In this document: positions 35,088 through 48,196 of the stretch, piece after piece | Numbering within the stretch: the first letter of the stretch is position 1 | Layout of the letters: each line of letters begins with the position of its first letter | Assembly: GCA_977017645.1 (NCBI GenBank) | Contig: OZ360222.1 | Location: 182,900,001 to 182,964,000 of the forward strand | DNA: 64,000 bases | Origin: Torpedo marmorata | Taxonomy: Eukaryota | Direction: 5' to 3' | Notes under the pieces: generated by a model | What the model saw: the letters and a program-made list of their open reading frames with translations, nothing else | The model's database searches: none | What the model was told of the DNA's origin: nothing | Position numbers and translations under genes: made by a program

Positions 35088-36765
35088 ATTTCAGATTCAG
35101 ATTTTCAGATTTCAGATTTATTGTCAGAGTACATACATGACATCACATACAACCCTGAGATTCCTTTTTCCTGCGGGCGTGGCAGAATTACCACTAATTG
35201 GTAGTGCAAAAATAAACTGTACACAGCGTAAATATGTAAACAAATAAAAGAACTGTAAAAACTGATAACGAATGTAAACAAACTGACTGTGCAATACAGA
35301 GAGAACAAAGAAGATCAATAAAGTGTACAAGTAAGAGTCCTTAAATGAGTCTCTGATTGACTTTGTCGTTGAGGAGTCTGATGGTAGAGGGGTAGCAGCT
35401 GTTTCTGAACCTGGTGGTGCGAGTCTTGTGGCACCTATACCTCTTTCCTGATGGCAGCAGCGAGAACAGAGAGTGTGCTGGGTGGTGTGGGTCTTTGATG
35501 ATTGCTGCTGCCCTCCGACGACAGCATTCCCTGTAGATGTACTCAATAGTGGGGAGGGTTTTGCCTGTGATGTCCTGGGCTGTGCCCACTACCTTTTGGA
35601 GGGCTTTACGCTCAGGGGTATTTGTGTTCAGAATCAGAATCAGAATCAGAATCAGAATTTATTGTCATGAACAAGTCATGAAATTCGGTGTTTTGCGGCA
35701 GCATCAAAGTGCAATTAACATTCATATTAACCATTCTAACGACATTACTATAAAAAATTATAAACAATAGTGCACGAAAAGTAAGGCAGTGTCTTTGGTT
35801 CATTGATTATTCAGGAATCTGATGGCAGCAGGGAAGAAGCTGTCCTTGTGCCGTTGAGTGCTCGTCTTTAGGCTCCTGTACCTTTTCCCCGATGGAAGCA
35901 GAGTGAAGAGGGCATGGCCTGGGTGGTGGGGGTCCTTGAGGATAGAGGCTGCTTTTTTAAGACACCGCCTCATGTAGATGTCCTTGATGGAGTGAAGTTT
36001 GGTGCCTGTGATGTCACAGGCCGAGTTAACAACCTTCTGGAGTTTACTCTTGTCCTGGGAGTTGGCGCCACCATACCAGGCAGTGATGCAACCAGCCAGA
36101 ATTCTCTCTACGGTACACCTGTAGAAGTTTACGAGAGTCTTTGGTGACATACCGAATCTCCGCAAACACCTCACAAAGTATAGCCGCTGACGAGCTTTCT
36201 TTGTGATTGCATCCACGTGGATGCTCCAGGACAGATCCTCGGAGATGTTGACACCCAGGAATTTAAAGTTCTTGACCCTCTCCACGACTGAGCCCTCGAT
36301 GAGGACTGGGCCGTGTTCCCCTGACTTCCTCCGGAAGTCCACAATCATCTCCTTGGTTTTGCTGACGTTGAGCTCAAGGTTGTTGTCATTACACCATTCA
36401 ACGAGCTGATCTATCTCCCTCCTGTATGCTTCCTCATTGCCGTTTGTGATTCTGCCGACAAGCCGGTCAGCACACTTTCCACACCTCTGTAGAAATTTGC
36501 CAGGGTTTCTGGAGTCATACCAAACCTCTGCAAACTCCTGAGGAAGTAGAGGCGCTGACGTGCTTTCTTCACGATGCCATTTGTGTGTTGGGTCCAGGAA
36601 AGATCCTCCGAGATAGTGACTCCCAAAAACTTAAATTTGCTCACCCTCTCCACCTCTGATCCCCCAATGACCACTGGATTGTATACCTCTGGCTTTCCTT
36701 TCCTGAAGTCAACAATCAGCTCCTTAGTTTTGGTGACATTGAGTGCAAGGTCATTGTTGTTGTTC
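35088..36765 (-). mobile_element. Rex1/Babar-like LINE 3' part, split by a second family member
   Basis: LNVTKTKELIVDFRK, FKFLGVTISEDLSW, IIKDPHHPAHSLFSLLPSGKRY; (TCTGAA)n tail near 35090-35117. Confidence 0.88.
35626..36460 (-). mobile_element. Young Rex1/Babar-like 3' fragment with (TTCTGA)n tail
   Basis: ORF 35800-36348; nearly identical to 61763-62587 in the opposite orientation. Confidence 0.92.
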
Positions 36766-36812
36766 TTCTTCATTCAATGAAATTATTTCTAAACTGTGAC
36801 CTAACTCCAGTG

Positions 36813-37612
36813 AAAAACAAAAGTCTGCAGGTGTTGTGGAGGAACTCAGCAGGTCTCGCAGCGTCCATAGGAGGCAAAGATATATAACCGACGTTTTGGG
36901 CCTGAGCCCTTCCTCAAAGTATGAGTAAGCAAGTGCCTGAATAAAAGGCTGGGCAGGGAAGAATGGGTAGGGGGAGGAGCACAGACCAACAGACACAAGT
37001 TGTTAAGTGGATATGGATGGGACGCAGGAGAGAAGAAAGGTGAGAATTGACTGGGGGGAGGGGGGTTATTTGGGGCTCTGTGGAAGCAAAGCAAGGTGAA
37101 AGGAGAGAAGGAAAAGGGAAGAGAAAGAGAGAGAGAGAGCTAGAGGAAAGGAGACATCGGGAAAGATGGGGGGTGGGTGGGCGAACGGAACAGGATAAGT
37201 ACATGTTAATTCTTTGGCTTCTGTTAGCCCGCCACCCCTCACCCATCCTTCCTTGTCTCCTTTCCTTTAGCTCTCTCTCTCTCTCTCTCTCTTTCTTTCT
37301 CTCTCTCCCTCCCTTTTCCATCTATCTCCTTTCCCCCACAGAGCCCCATATAATCCCCCTCCCCAGTCAATTCTCACCTTTCCTCTCTCCTGTGTCCCAT
37401 CCTTATCTAATTAACACCTTTGGTCTGTGGGTCTGTGGGTCTGTACTCCTCCCCCTGTCCATTCTTCCCTGTCCAGCCGTTTATTCAGACGCCTGCCTGC
37501 TTTTTACTCATACTTTGTAGAAGGCTTCAGGTCTGAAACGTAGGTTATATATCTTTACCTCCTATGAATGCTGTGAGACCCGCTGAGTTCCTCCAACATC
37601 TCTGTGTTTTTA
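36813..37612. mobile_element. Two Penelope 3' ends in inverted arrangement (~800-bp imperfect palindrome)
   Basis: 36813-37200 is the reverse complement of 37220-37612, with decayed hammerhead motifs at ~36890-36920 and ~37515-37542. Confidence 0.82.
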
Positions 37613-37689
37613 CCTCACTCCAGAGACTTACCTTTATCTCCCTTATTAACATTGGTTAACAGAAGTCTATCAGCCATCAAAAATATCCT

Positions 37690-38380
37690 GTCAAGATGCA
37701 TCACTATGTGGTACAGGAACTGCTCCACCCAAGACTGCAAGAAACAGCAGAGAGTTGTGAACGCAGCTCAGACCATCACGTAAACCTCCCTCCCCTCCAT
37801 GAACCCTATCTACATTTCCTCCTGCCTCGTAAAAGCAGCCAACATATTAAAAGACTCCTCCCACACCAGTCATCCTCTCTTCTCCCTCCTTCTGCAATAG
37901 TGAATGTTACTTTTTTTTCTTGCATTAACTGCAACTCTGACTATGTATTTATCTAAATATTTATTGTCTCTTTTTCTGTCTTGGTATATTGTGGTAATTT
38001 AAATGTGACTATTGTTGCTGTATTTTTTGCACCTGTGTGGCCACAGGAGGTAAGAATTTCAATGTATCTGTACATTGCACTTATGTATATGACAATAAAT
38101 TCTTATAATTATTCTCTTACCGTGAAGAAGATGCATGAGTGAAAAATCACACCCCACCAGGTTCAAGGACAGTTTCTTTCCTGCTGTAATCAGGCTCCTG
38201 AGCAAATGTCACACCAGCAAAATAATGTTGCCTTTGCTCTGTTCCAGCTGAACTCTCTTTGTAACCCTGAGCTCTGCTTTGTGATTTTAACTGCTGTACT
38301 AAATATTGGTTGACTAGCTGGGTTGCACACAAAATGAACTTTCTCACTGTATCTCAGTGCATGTGAACTGAACTGAACTG
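37690..38380. mobile_element. Old Rex1/Babar-like 3' remnants
   Basis: tggtacaggaactgctcc...caagactgcaagaaa; tails ending gacaataaa and (GAACT)n. Confidence 0.65.
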
Positions 38381-39045
38381 ATTACAACTTTCCTGTAAGC
38401 AGATGGCCATTTAAAGCTGAGGGGCATTGGGATTTATTCTCACAGGGAGTGGAGAATCACTGGAGCTCTCTACCCCAGTGGTCTGAGGAGACTAGATCAC
38501 AGGGGATACTTACAGGGGAGCTGGATAGGTTCATGGAGTTGAGGGCTTCGAGAAATTGGCACAGAAGCGGAGATGACGTCTGGGGCAGATTAACCATGTC
38601 CATATTGAATAGTGGGACAGGTTCTGGGGCTGAATGGCCTTTGCCTGCTCCAATTTTCTTGTGTTCTTGTGACTTAGTGTCAATTACAGATTGTGGAAGT
38701 TTCGATCAGCTTTTCATCGTGTTACAAAGTCAAAGGGTTGTACAGTACAGAAACAGGCCCTTCAGCACAAATTGTCCATGTTGCACTCACTGTGCTGAAA
38801 CACCAACAGATTTCGGGGAAACCAAAGGGCATCTTTCACAGCAGCTCTGGATGAGCGACTCTGCGTGCATCTCTGGGAACAGCCGTAGATCAGAGAGTCC
38901 TCTGTCATGCTGCTGCTGGGGATGAACCGTGACAAGGACCCTTGCATCCTTCTCCACAAACTCTTAGCAAATCTACAGTCCACAAAGAGGTGGGCAACTG
39001 TCTCCTCTCCACTGCAGTCATCTCAGGGGCAACATACAACAGTCA

Positions 39046-42000
39046 ACCTAAGATAGTTAAAAGAATTATTAGTTTGATGAAAGATTTGAATTTAATAGAT
39101 ATTTGGAGAAAATAGAATCCTAGAGAGAAAGATTATTCTTTTTATTCTTTTAGACATGATTCATACTCTAGGACAGATTTGTTTTTAATATCTTCACAAA
39201 TTCAAGATAGGATATCACAGGTATCATATAAAGTGAGAATAATTTCAGACCATTCACCTTTGTTAATGACATGTATAATTCCAGAAAAGGAGAAAACTAT
39301 ATTTAATTGGAGATTTGATTCTTCTTTATTGAAAAGGACAGATTTTTGTGAATATATGAGAAGGGAAATTCAGGAATTTTTGAGGATAAATGATCAATCA
39401 ATTAATGATAAATTTATAATTTGGGAAACTTTAAAAACTTATCTTAGAGGTCTGATAATAAGCTATTCGGCAAAAATTAAGAAGGATTATTTGAAGGAAG
39501 CAGAAAAATTAGAGTAGGAGATTGAGATTATGGAAAAAGATTTACAGAGAAATAAATCAATTCGTAAAAGAAACTGTTTAATGAGGAAGAAGTTACATTA
39601 TAATTTATTACAAACTTATAAAACGGAAAAATTAATTGAGAGAATGAAACAAAGATATTGTGAATTAGGGGAAAAGGCTCATAAGGTTTTAGCATGGCAA
39701 TTGAAAAAAGAACAAGTCTCTAAAACTATAAATGCTATAAAGAAAAAAAAAACTGGTGAAATAACTTATAAACCCCAAGAAATAAATGAATCTTTTAAAG
39801 ATTATTATCAGAATTTATATAGATCCCAGGTCGTTCAGGATGACTTGAAAATTAACAGATTTTTATCTAGAATTACTTTACCTAAATTAAATAGTCAGAA
39901 TAAAAATTATTTGGATTTGCCTTTTACGATGAGAGAAGTTAATGAAGTTTTATCGACGTTGAAAAGTGGTAAATCTCCTGGTGATGATGGATTTCCAGTA
40001 GAATTTTATAAGGAATTTAAAGATTTATTAATACCTCCATATATGGAGGTATTGAATCAAATTACGGAAACCCATTTATTATCAAGAACTTTTTTGAATG
40101 CTATTATTACAGTTATACCAAAGAAAGATAGAGGTGTATTAAAAACTGAGTCATATAGACCTATTTCTTTATTGAATGTAGATTATAAAATTATGGCAAA
40201 AATTTTGGCTAATAGAATAGCTAAATATTTACCAAATTTGATACATCCAGATCAAGCTGGTTTTATTAAAAATAGATATTCAAAAGATAATATAGCTAGA
40301 TTATTAAGTTTAATTAGTTTACATAAAAAGAAACTGGATTTACCATTGGTGGTAACGTTGGATGCAGAAAAGGCTTTTGATAGATTAGAATGGAATTTTT
40401 TATTTAAGGTGTTAGAGAAATTTGGTTTTGGGAATATTTTTATAAATTGGATTAAAACTATATATAAGGAACCTACAGCTAAAGTAATTACAAATGGACA
40501 AATATCGTCAAAATTTTCTTTAACGCGTTCTACGAGACAGGGATGTCCTCTATCACCAGCTTTATTTGTTTTGGCAATAGAACCTTTAGCTGAATTGATT
40601 AGGATAGATCCTAATATAGTAGGGATTAAAGTTGGTATGGAAGAACATAAGATTAGTTTGTTTGCAGATGATGTATTAATATATATGACAAAATCTATTA
40701 CATCACTTCAACAATTAGCTATCATAATAACAGAATATGGTGAAATATCTGGGTATAAAATTAATTCAGACAAAAGTGAAATAATGGCTTTATCTCAAGG
40801 TGATTACACTAGGTGTAGAGCAGTTACGGAATTTAAGTGGGCAAAAGAAGGAATTAAATATTTGGGAGTTAAAGTAGATACAAAATTAGAAAATTTATAT
40901 AAATTAAATTATATACCTTTATTTAAGAAAATAAAGAAAGATTTGGAAAATTGGCAAGATTTGCCTATAACTTTAATGGGGAGAGTAAATTGTATTAAGA
41001 TGAATATTTTTCCAAGAATTCAATATCTTTTTCAATCAATCCCTTTTGGAATTCCAATGAAATTTTTTAAAGATTTAAAGTTTATTGTTAGGAAATTTTT
41101 ATGGAAAGGGAAGTTAGCAAGAGTAAGTATGGATAAGTTAGCATGGAATTATGAGATGGGAGGATTGCAACTTCCTAATTTTCAATATTATTATAAAGCA
41201 GCTCAATTAAAATTTGTTAACAAATTTTTTGATTTAAATAAAACTTCTGCTTGGGTTAATATAGAATTAAATAATATAGGAGAAAATTATAAAGAGGATA
41301 TTATTTATAAGTGGAATTCTAAACTACTATTAGTAAAAAAGAAAAATTCACCGATTATTAAACATTTGTTGGAAATATGGACACAGGTAGATAAAGAAAT
41401 AGGTGGAAAAGGGTTAATTTCTTTAAATATGCCATTATATCAAAATCCACTTTTATTATTTACTATGGATAATCAATTATTGAAAGTATGGTTTCAAAAA
41501 GGAATTAAGAATTTTAAAGATTGTTTTGAGGCTGGAAGATTTGTTACGTTTCAAAGATTGAAGGAAAAATTTAATGTATTAGATAATACATGGTTAGCTT
41601 ATTATCAAGTTAAGACTTTTTTGATTGAGAAATTAGGAGAAGATTTGATTGCTCCAAGACATAATGAGTTAGAATTATTAATAACTAAAGCAAATATTAA
41701 TAAGTTTATTTCTCAAATGTATAAATTATTTCAGAGAATAATGCTTAAAGTAGGATTACATAAATCAAGATTAAAATGGGAATTAGATTTAAATATTAAT
41801 ATAGCTGAAAATCATTGGAAAGATTTATGTAAGTTAAGTATGTCATTAATGTTAGATATAGATTAGTACAATATAATTTTTTTCATCAACTATATTTAAC
41901 ACCAAAAAAATTAAAGAAATTTAATCCGACATTGTCGGATCTGTGTTTTAGATGTAAGAATGAAGTAGGTTCTTTTGTTCATTCTACATGGCTATGTCCA

Positions 42001-42619
42001 AAGATTCAGGATTTTTGGTTGAAAGTTAAGAATTTTTTAGATAGAGTTTTTAATGTTATGTTTCCAATGGATCCTATGTTATTTCTATTTGGAGATATTA
42101 GAAAATTTAGTATTAGGAATAGATTGAATATGTATCAGGTAGAATTTTTGCGAATTGCTTTAGCTGTCTCAAAAAAATGTATTGCTATTACTTGGAAATC
42201 AGATTTAGATTTAAGTTTAGATAGGTGGCATGCAGAACTTCGTTCGTGTATTCCTTTGGAAAAGATTACTTACAACTTACGTAATAAATATCATTCTTTT
42301 TTAAAAATTTGGAGCCCATATATGAGAATTATGGGTTTAAGGATTTGAAATCTCTAGAAATCAGGTCTATCAGCGAGTTTAACCTTCAGGATAGAATAAG
42401 TTTTTAGATGGTTCTCTCCTCACTATTAATCTATTTTTCTTTTTCTTTCTCTTTTTTTAAATTTTTACTATTTTTAGAATAGTGGGGTGGGGGGGTTAGG
42501 GTGGGGTGGGAGGGTTTGGGGGAGGAAATTTATATCACTTGTATTTTGGAAACTATATATTTTGATTTGTGTACTGTGTGATTTAAAATTTAAATAAAAT
42601 AATAAAAAAATAAAAAAAA
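39046..42619 (+). mobile_element. 5'-truncated L1-clade LINE with A-tail and 15-bp TSD
   Basis: TSD AACATACAACAGTCA at 39031-45 and 42620-34; very AT-rich; G-rich 3' UTR. Confidence 0.95.
39050..42348 (+). pseudogene. L1 ORF2 (end of APE, RT, cysteine-rich domain), few disablements
   Basis: ISDHSPL; KSPGDDGF; YRPISLLNVDYKI; LDAEKAFDR; TRQGCPLSP; LFADD; CFRC...HSTWLC; stop at 39515, frameshift near 41850. Confidence 0.95.
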
Positions 42620-42932
42620 AACATACAACAGTCATATAAGAAGAATTTAACCAGGAGGATTCTCTCACCGCCGGCCAGGTCAGGTCCTGGTGGTTATTGC
42701 ACTGAGTTCTAGTGATGAGGCATTCCGCCAGATGACATGGACAGTCTGCTCAGGGAACCACCCTACAGTATCCATCGAGTTCTTGTCCCTGAGTGTCAGC
42801 AGGACGTTCCATGCTGACTACTGCCTCATGGTTTTATGATCAAAGGTGTTTGTCTGAAAATAAATTTCCATAAAGGAGAGGTAGTGTGGCAATGTTCAGC
42901 TGACTGGGACATTAAGTAGAAATGGGGCCAGG

Positions 42933-43335
42933 CAGGGTCGGCGCCAAGGGGGGGCATTCGCGGGCATTGCCCCCCCCAAACGAGGTGTTGTGACTCCCCA
43001 CACGCTCGCGGCCATCGCCCCTCAGACCACTGTCAGACCCATTCGCGCCCACTGACTACGGTCAGACCCGCCGCTCCCGCGTCACTAGCGTGCGTCAAGC
43101 GTCACTAGCGTCTAGCATCACTAGTCGCTAGCAATGCTTGACGCACGCTAGTGACGCTCCACGGCCACGTAATATGAGCAGCGCTTTCGTCGGCTACGTC
43201 AGAGAACGTTAATGTTCGGCAGGTAGTCACTACCATCAGCACCCCCCACCCCGCTGAGCGAGTTTTCGAGCGTTAGGCTGTGCCCCCCCGTTACCCTCGT
43301 GCCCCCCGCTAAGACTCGTTCTGGCGCCGACCCTG
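42933..43335. mobile_element. GC/CpG-rich non-autonomous hAT element
   Basis: Perfect 14-bp TIR CAGGGTCGGCGCCA / TGGCGCCGACCCTG; 8-bp flanks GGGCCAGG / GGGCGAAG (6 of 8 match). Confidence 0.85.
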
Positions 43336-43799
43336 GGGCGAAGCCCATTCTTCGCAACACCTGGGACAGGTAGAATCTCAGCACATAGCGGCACTTTGTG
43401 CCCTTGTACTTTGGTTCCACGCACAGCCTGATACAGCCACACACGAAGCTGGCCGTCAGGTCGAGGGCACTGAGACAAGTATGCCCTTATCCATATTATT
43501 GAGTGATTTGTGTATAGCCACCCCTCGGACCCGTTCCAACCTGGCTCCTCAGATGAAGCGGAGGATGGCTCCTGTGACTGACACGGCAGAAGCGCGGGGG
43601 ACAGGCCACACCTGCGCCAAGTACAGCAGTATCATGAGCACCTCACCCCCGATGACCAGTTCTTCCCCGTTATTGAGAGGGAGTGCCGCTCCCAGAGTCC
43701 AAATTTCTTTATTTCACTTCTGAAATTTTGGCTCTGGTGAGAAGGTGAAAGGCCATAAGTCTGTGCTAAATGCACTGTCCGAACTGATACCTTCCAGCT

Positions 43800-44185
43800 A
43801 TGGAGACACATGAGACTGCAGCTGCCTCCACATTTACTCTCCCTCCCCCCTCCTGGCTCCGTCTGCCCCCTTTAAACTCTTCCTTTTCTTTCTTTCCCTT
43901 TATTTCTCTCTCTGTTTGTCTGCCACCAACTCACCTACCTCTGTCACCCAACTCCAGTCCCCATCTCTCTCCCCCACATGGCTCTTTCTGTCTATTATCC
44001 TTCACCCTTCCTCAGTCACCTACCGATGCCTGTCTCACCTCTTCCCCTTTCCTCTTTACGTTGGATATCTTCCCTCCTCACACTCACTTCTGAGGAAAGG
44101 TCTCAACCCGAAAGGCCGACTCTCCACGTCTTTCCCCAGATTCTGACTGATCTGCTGACTTCCTCCAGCAACTCATCTCTGTGAA
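43800..44185 (+). mobile_element. Penelope 3'-end remnant
   Basis: Pyrimidine-rich tract, then CTGAGGAAAGGTCTCAACCCGAAAG...GATCTGCTGACTTCCTCCAGCA. Confidence 0.7.
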
Positions 44186-44429
44186 CCTTTCAGGTGGGGT
44201 TTTAACATAAGATATGGTTTGCTGTTTCCTGTTTTGGATTAGAGATGAGTGAAGGATTATAGGCAGGATAATGGCACTGAGGTCAATGAGCAGATTTGCA
44301 TTAATCTTACCAAATGTCTCAAGGGCTCAGTGGGCCACTCTGACTCCTTACACTCACACTCTTATAATAGATTTAATGAAAGAAAAGACAACAAGGTAAA
44401 ACAAAGCAATCTCCTGCTCGACCTTTATT

Positions 44430-44582
44430 TTTGGTCATTGTTGCCCAGGGATCTTGCTGCACAAAATTTGGCATTGGCCTTGCTTATGTCATTATTTTTT
44501 CCAGCAATTCAGAAGTTTACCAATTGGCTGTGAGTCACTTTGGGACATGGTGAAAGGTGCCACAAAAATGCAGCTTGCTCTT
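44430..44582 (+). mobile_element. Ancient DeuSINE-like (SacSINE1/AmnSINE1-type) 3' remnant
   Basis: gggatcttgctgcacaaaatttgg...attggctgtgagtcactttgggacat-gtgaaaggtgc...aaatgcag resembles the Deu domain and tail; recalled from memory. Confidence 0.55.
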
Positions 44583-44759
44583 CTCCAAATGGGAGGTGCA
44601 CAAGCAACGATAGGCGCAGTTTGTGTGATGGACTCCACGTTTGAGTAGTTTACCATGGTGCCCAGTCTGAACAATACTGGAGAGCCATTGATGCCTGTGG
44701 AACTGAATTGCCGTTGCTTATGGATCTAAGTGGAGAACAGTTGATACTAAAAGGCAACA

Positions 44760-45260
44760 CTCTCAGGTTATGTATTTTTACCTTTGCTATATAAAGGACA
44801 CTGTTTGACCTGCTGAGCTTCTCCAGCATTTTGTGTTTTTACTTCAACCACGGTGTCTACAGAATATCAATGTCTTCTGATTTTTGTCCAATAATCACTG
44901 AAGACAGCCTCTAATCATAGTCATACAACACGAGCAGGCCCTTCAGCCCAACTCGTTCCATGCTGACCACGCTGGCATTCTGGGCTAGACCCATTTGCCT
45001 GAAATTGATCCATTCCTCCCAAGACCTTCCTATCCATATATCTGTCCAAATGCGTTTTGACTGTTGTAATCGTACCTGCTTCTACTGCTTCCTTGGTAGC
45101 TCGTTCCAGATATGACTACCCTCTGTAAAAAAAAATCTCCCCCTCAGGTCGCTCTTAAATCTTCACCCTCCACCCCCCCCTCCCCCACCCCCTCCACACT
45201 GTACACCTGTGCCCTTTATTTTTGGGAATATCTACCCTGGAAAATAGACTGTGAGCTCTG
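44760..45260. mobile_element. Penelope tail fragment (44765-44862, +) and CR1 3' end (44915-45260, -)
   Basis: Tail matches the reverse complement of 56830-56925; CR1 3' UTR motif caggcccttcagcccaac. Confidence 0.7.
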
Positions 45261-46907
45261 ATCCTGCAATTAGAGCCTGCCCCAAGCTATAACATTTGGA
45301 GATTTGCAATACTTAATAAGAAACAAACCATCCACATCTCCGGTTTACTGAGCTGTGTCTATTTTCAAGGATAATTTATTGAGAATGTGTCTTTTTATGT
45401 CAAGAGCTGGTTACACAGTAGAACTATTCTTTATTCCTTTGTTGTAAATAAGTGCAAAACAATTTTTTTAATGTAATCTAATTGTCACTGTGCTTTCCCC
45501 CCCCCCCCCCCCACTCAGCATCACTCAGTTCTCAGCAGCTGATGATGTGCCATGAATCACAAAAGACGAGAAAAATATTCCCATTATAATGAGTGACACC
45601 CAACACTTGGGCACAGAGACAGAACTCATTAATGTAATAGCAGCTGAAGGAAAAACTCATCAGTTTTCTTTTTGCCTTGCCTGAAAGGCCGTCTATCTTC
45701 AAGAGACGAGAATCTCAACCCTACACGAGTTCCTATTTAAATAATGCAATTTACATAATTCCATACAAGACTGCACCTGTATTAGAAAAAGACAATTTAT
45801 CACATCTCTTATGAAGTATTATCAAAAGATTCTGAAGCAAGGCAATGAAAATGCATAAGGAAAATAATGGTAAATGCTTTTGCCCAGAGATTCCAGTTTA
45901 TTCAAAGAGGTGATCAAAGCAGGAAACTAAAATTGTTGGCCTTATCTGCAATGTCCCATTCCCAAAGGAAATGAGTTAAAGAAATGTGGGTGGTGCAGCG
46001 ACTGTTTCTGTCATGGGGCCTGTTTTTGCAGATTTCAGATTTTCAGTATTTTGAGGATGCTACTCAAATGTTGTCCTTTTCTTGTCCAGCAGATTGACGA
46101 GGGTTTCAGGGGTAGAGTGCTGGAAAAGCCTCCGCTGGTGGGTTTGGGCTGGGTAGATTCACTGGCTGAAGATTGGTGACTTAGGATTCTGGGGAAGAAT
46201 TGTGGAGGATGGGAGTTAGGAGGTTACGGGGGAGGTTCATGGTCAAGGGACTGGAAAGACAGCAGCTCAGGATTGGGGTGATCAGGGTAGAGTGAGTAGT
46301 GATTGGTGAAAGGGTGGGGTGGTTGGTGTTAAGCCCAGGTGGATGAGTGTCAATGGTGATGGTTAACTCTTCAGTATTATCCATACAAGCCACTAGTTGA
46401 CAAAGACTCATTGACCCAAAATATTGGCTCTATTTCCCTCTGCACAGATGCTGCCTGGCCTGCAGAAGTTCCTCCAGTGTTCCTGGATTTTATTTCCTCT
46501 TAACAGCCTCCTTCAAACATTGAACAAAACCATGAGATGATAACAGAAGAGGAAAAGTTGTCTGGGAACTTCTGACAAGTCAGTACCAGTAAATAGGATC
46601 TGCAGGAGTATCTGTAGATAAATTGGGAAGTAAACCACTTGGCCGTTTGAATCTACTCTACCATTTAATTCAATCACAGATAATTCTGTAAGGAATGTTA
46701 GAGGCGCTTAGGCAATTTCTGCCGGTGGCGAATCTGTCTGCCTTGCAGCAGGCAAAAAGAAATTTCATGCAATATGACACTGTCTTATTACTATGACAGT
46801 AAATTGAATCTTGAATCTTGAATTGTCTATGAACTCTCAGAAATTCAATGGAATGACTGTCAGTGGCAGTTCATAATGGCTGGTATAGAAGGTTTAACTT
46901 TTCTTAT

Positions 46908-47160
46908 GGGCAGCACGATTAGCGTAACGGTTAGCACAATGCTATTACAGCACCAACGACCCAGGTTCGAATCCGGTGCTGTCTGTAAGGAGTTTGTATG
47001 TTCTCCCCATGTCTGCATGGGTTTCCTCCGGGTGCTCCAGTTTCCTCTCACCCTCCAAAAACATATGGGGCTTGTAGGTTAATTGGGGAATTTGGGTGGC
47101 ACAGGCTCATGGGCCAGAAGGGTCTGCAACTGTGCTATATGTCTAAATTTAAATTTAAAT
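46908..47160 (+). mobile_element. V-SINE (HE1-type)
   Basis: A/B-box head (GGTTCGAATCC), V-domain, (TAAATT)n tail. Confidence 0.9.
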
Positions 47161-47165
47161 TCTTA

Positions 47166-47714
47166 CCGTATATACGTGTGTAATAGTTGATACCATGTAA
47201 AAGTCAACCCCCCTATTTTTGGCCCTGGCCGCCCGCCCACCGGAGCTCCCGACGCCCCAACCGTGGGCTCTCGCCTAGGCCCCGGCCGTCCACCCATCCG
47301 AGCTCATGACACCTTGATCGTTGACTCTCGCCTAGGCCCCGGCTGCCCACCCATCCGAGCTCCAAACGCCCTGACCGAGGACTCTCGCTGAGGCCCCAGC
47401 CACCTGCCCACTGGAGCTCCCGATGCCCCAACTGGGGACTCTCACCTTGACCCCGGTCGCCCGCCCACAGGAGCTCCCGACGCCCCGACCGGGGACTCTT
47501 GCCTAGGCCCCGGCCGCCTACCCAACCGAGCTCCTGATGTGCCGTCTGTGGACTTACCACCAAGTCCCGGCCACCCACCCATCCGAGCTCCCGACGCCCC
47601 GAACGACACAGGTACTTACCGTGGTCAAAAGTAGTATGCGTGTAGTTGTCGATCCCCTAAATTTTACCCTAAAAATTGGTCCACAAAATTCGACTATGAC
47701 ACAAGTATATACGG
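47166..47714. mobile_element. pogo/Tigger-type MITE with an internal GC-rich minisatellite
   Basis: TIR CCGTATATACGTGTGTAATAGTTGA / TCGACTATGACACAAGTATATACGG with TA on both sides; about six ~57-60-bp units at 47221-47600. Confidence 0.9.
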
Positions 47715-48196
47715 TACTTTGGCTGTTGGGCATCAATAAGGTTTACTGCCCGTCCTTAATTGCCCATGAGAAGGTGGTGATGAGTAATGTTCTTGAACCG
47801 GTGTGGTCCTTCTGGTGAACAGATCCCCACGGCCCTGTTGGGTTAGAGTTCCAGGATCTACTCACAGGGATTATGAGGGAACAGCGACATATTTCCATGA
47901 GACAAAGGAGAAACCTGCAGACGGGGATGTTTCTTTTTTACTTCTGGGTCCAAGCAGTCAAGGGCTTGGGAGATGGTGTCGGAGCATGGGAGAGTACGTA
48001 TGGTGCCACTGACTGGGGGTGAATTCCAAAGCAACTATTGCCATCCAAATTGCATTCTAAAACGCTTTCCCCGGAAGGCTGAGCCCATTGAAAACTTCAC
48101 ACATGTGATCGATAGAGATTTTACTTTCTGAGTTTTACTCAATGGTATCAAGGCATCCAGACCTAAGCTCAGGAAGGTAGAATTAAAAATTAAGAT

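Larger units (their letters stand above)
38790..43790 (-). mobile_element. Old Tx1-like LINE ORF2 C-terminal remnant hosting L1 and hAT insertions
   Basis: Minus strand C..GEETVAHLFVDCRFAKSLW (38900-39030); FVCGCIRLCVEPKYKGTKCRYVLRFYLS (43360-43450). Confidence 0.78.

Noticed and set aside
47221-47600. Regularly spaced repeats resembling a CRISPR array
   Set aside because: Tandem diverged units with no unique spacers, inside a TA-flanked MITE; eukaryotic context and no cas genes.
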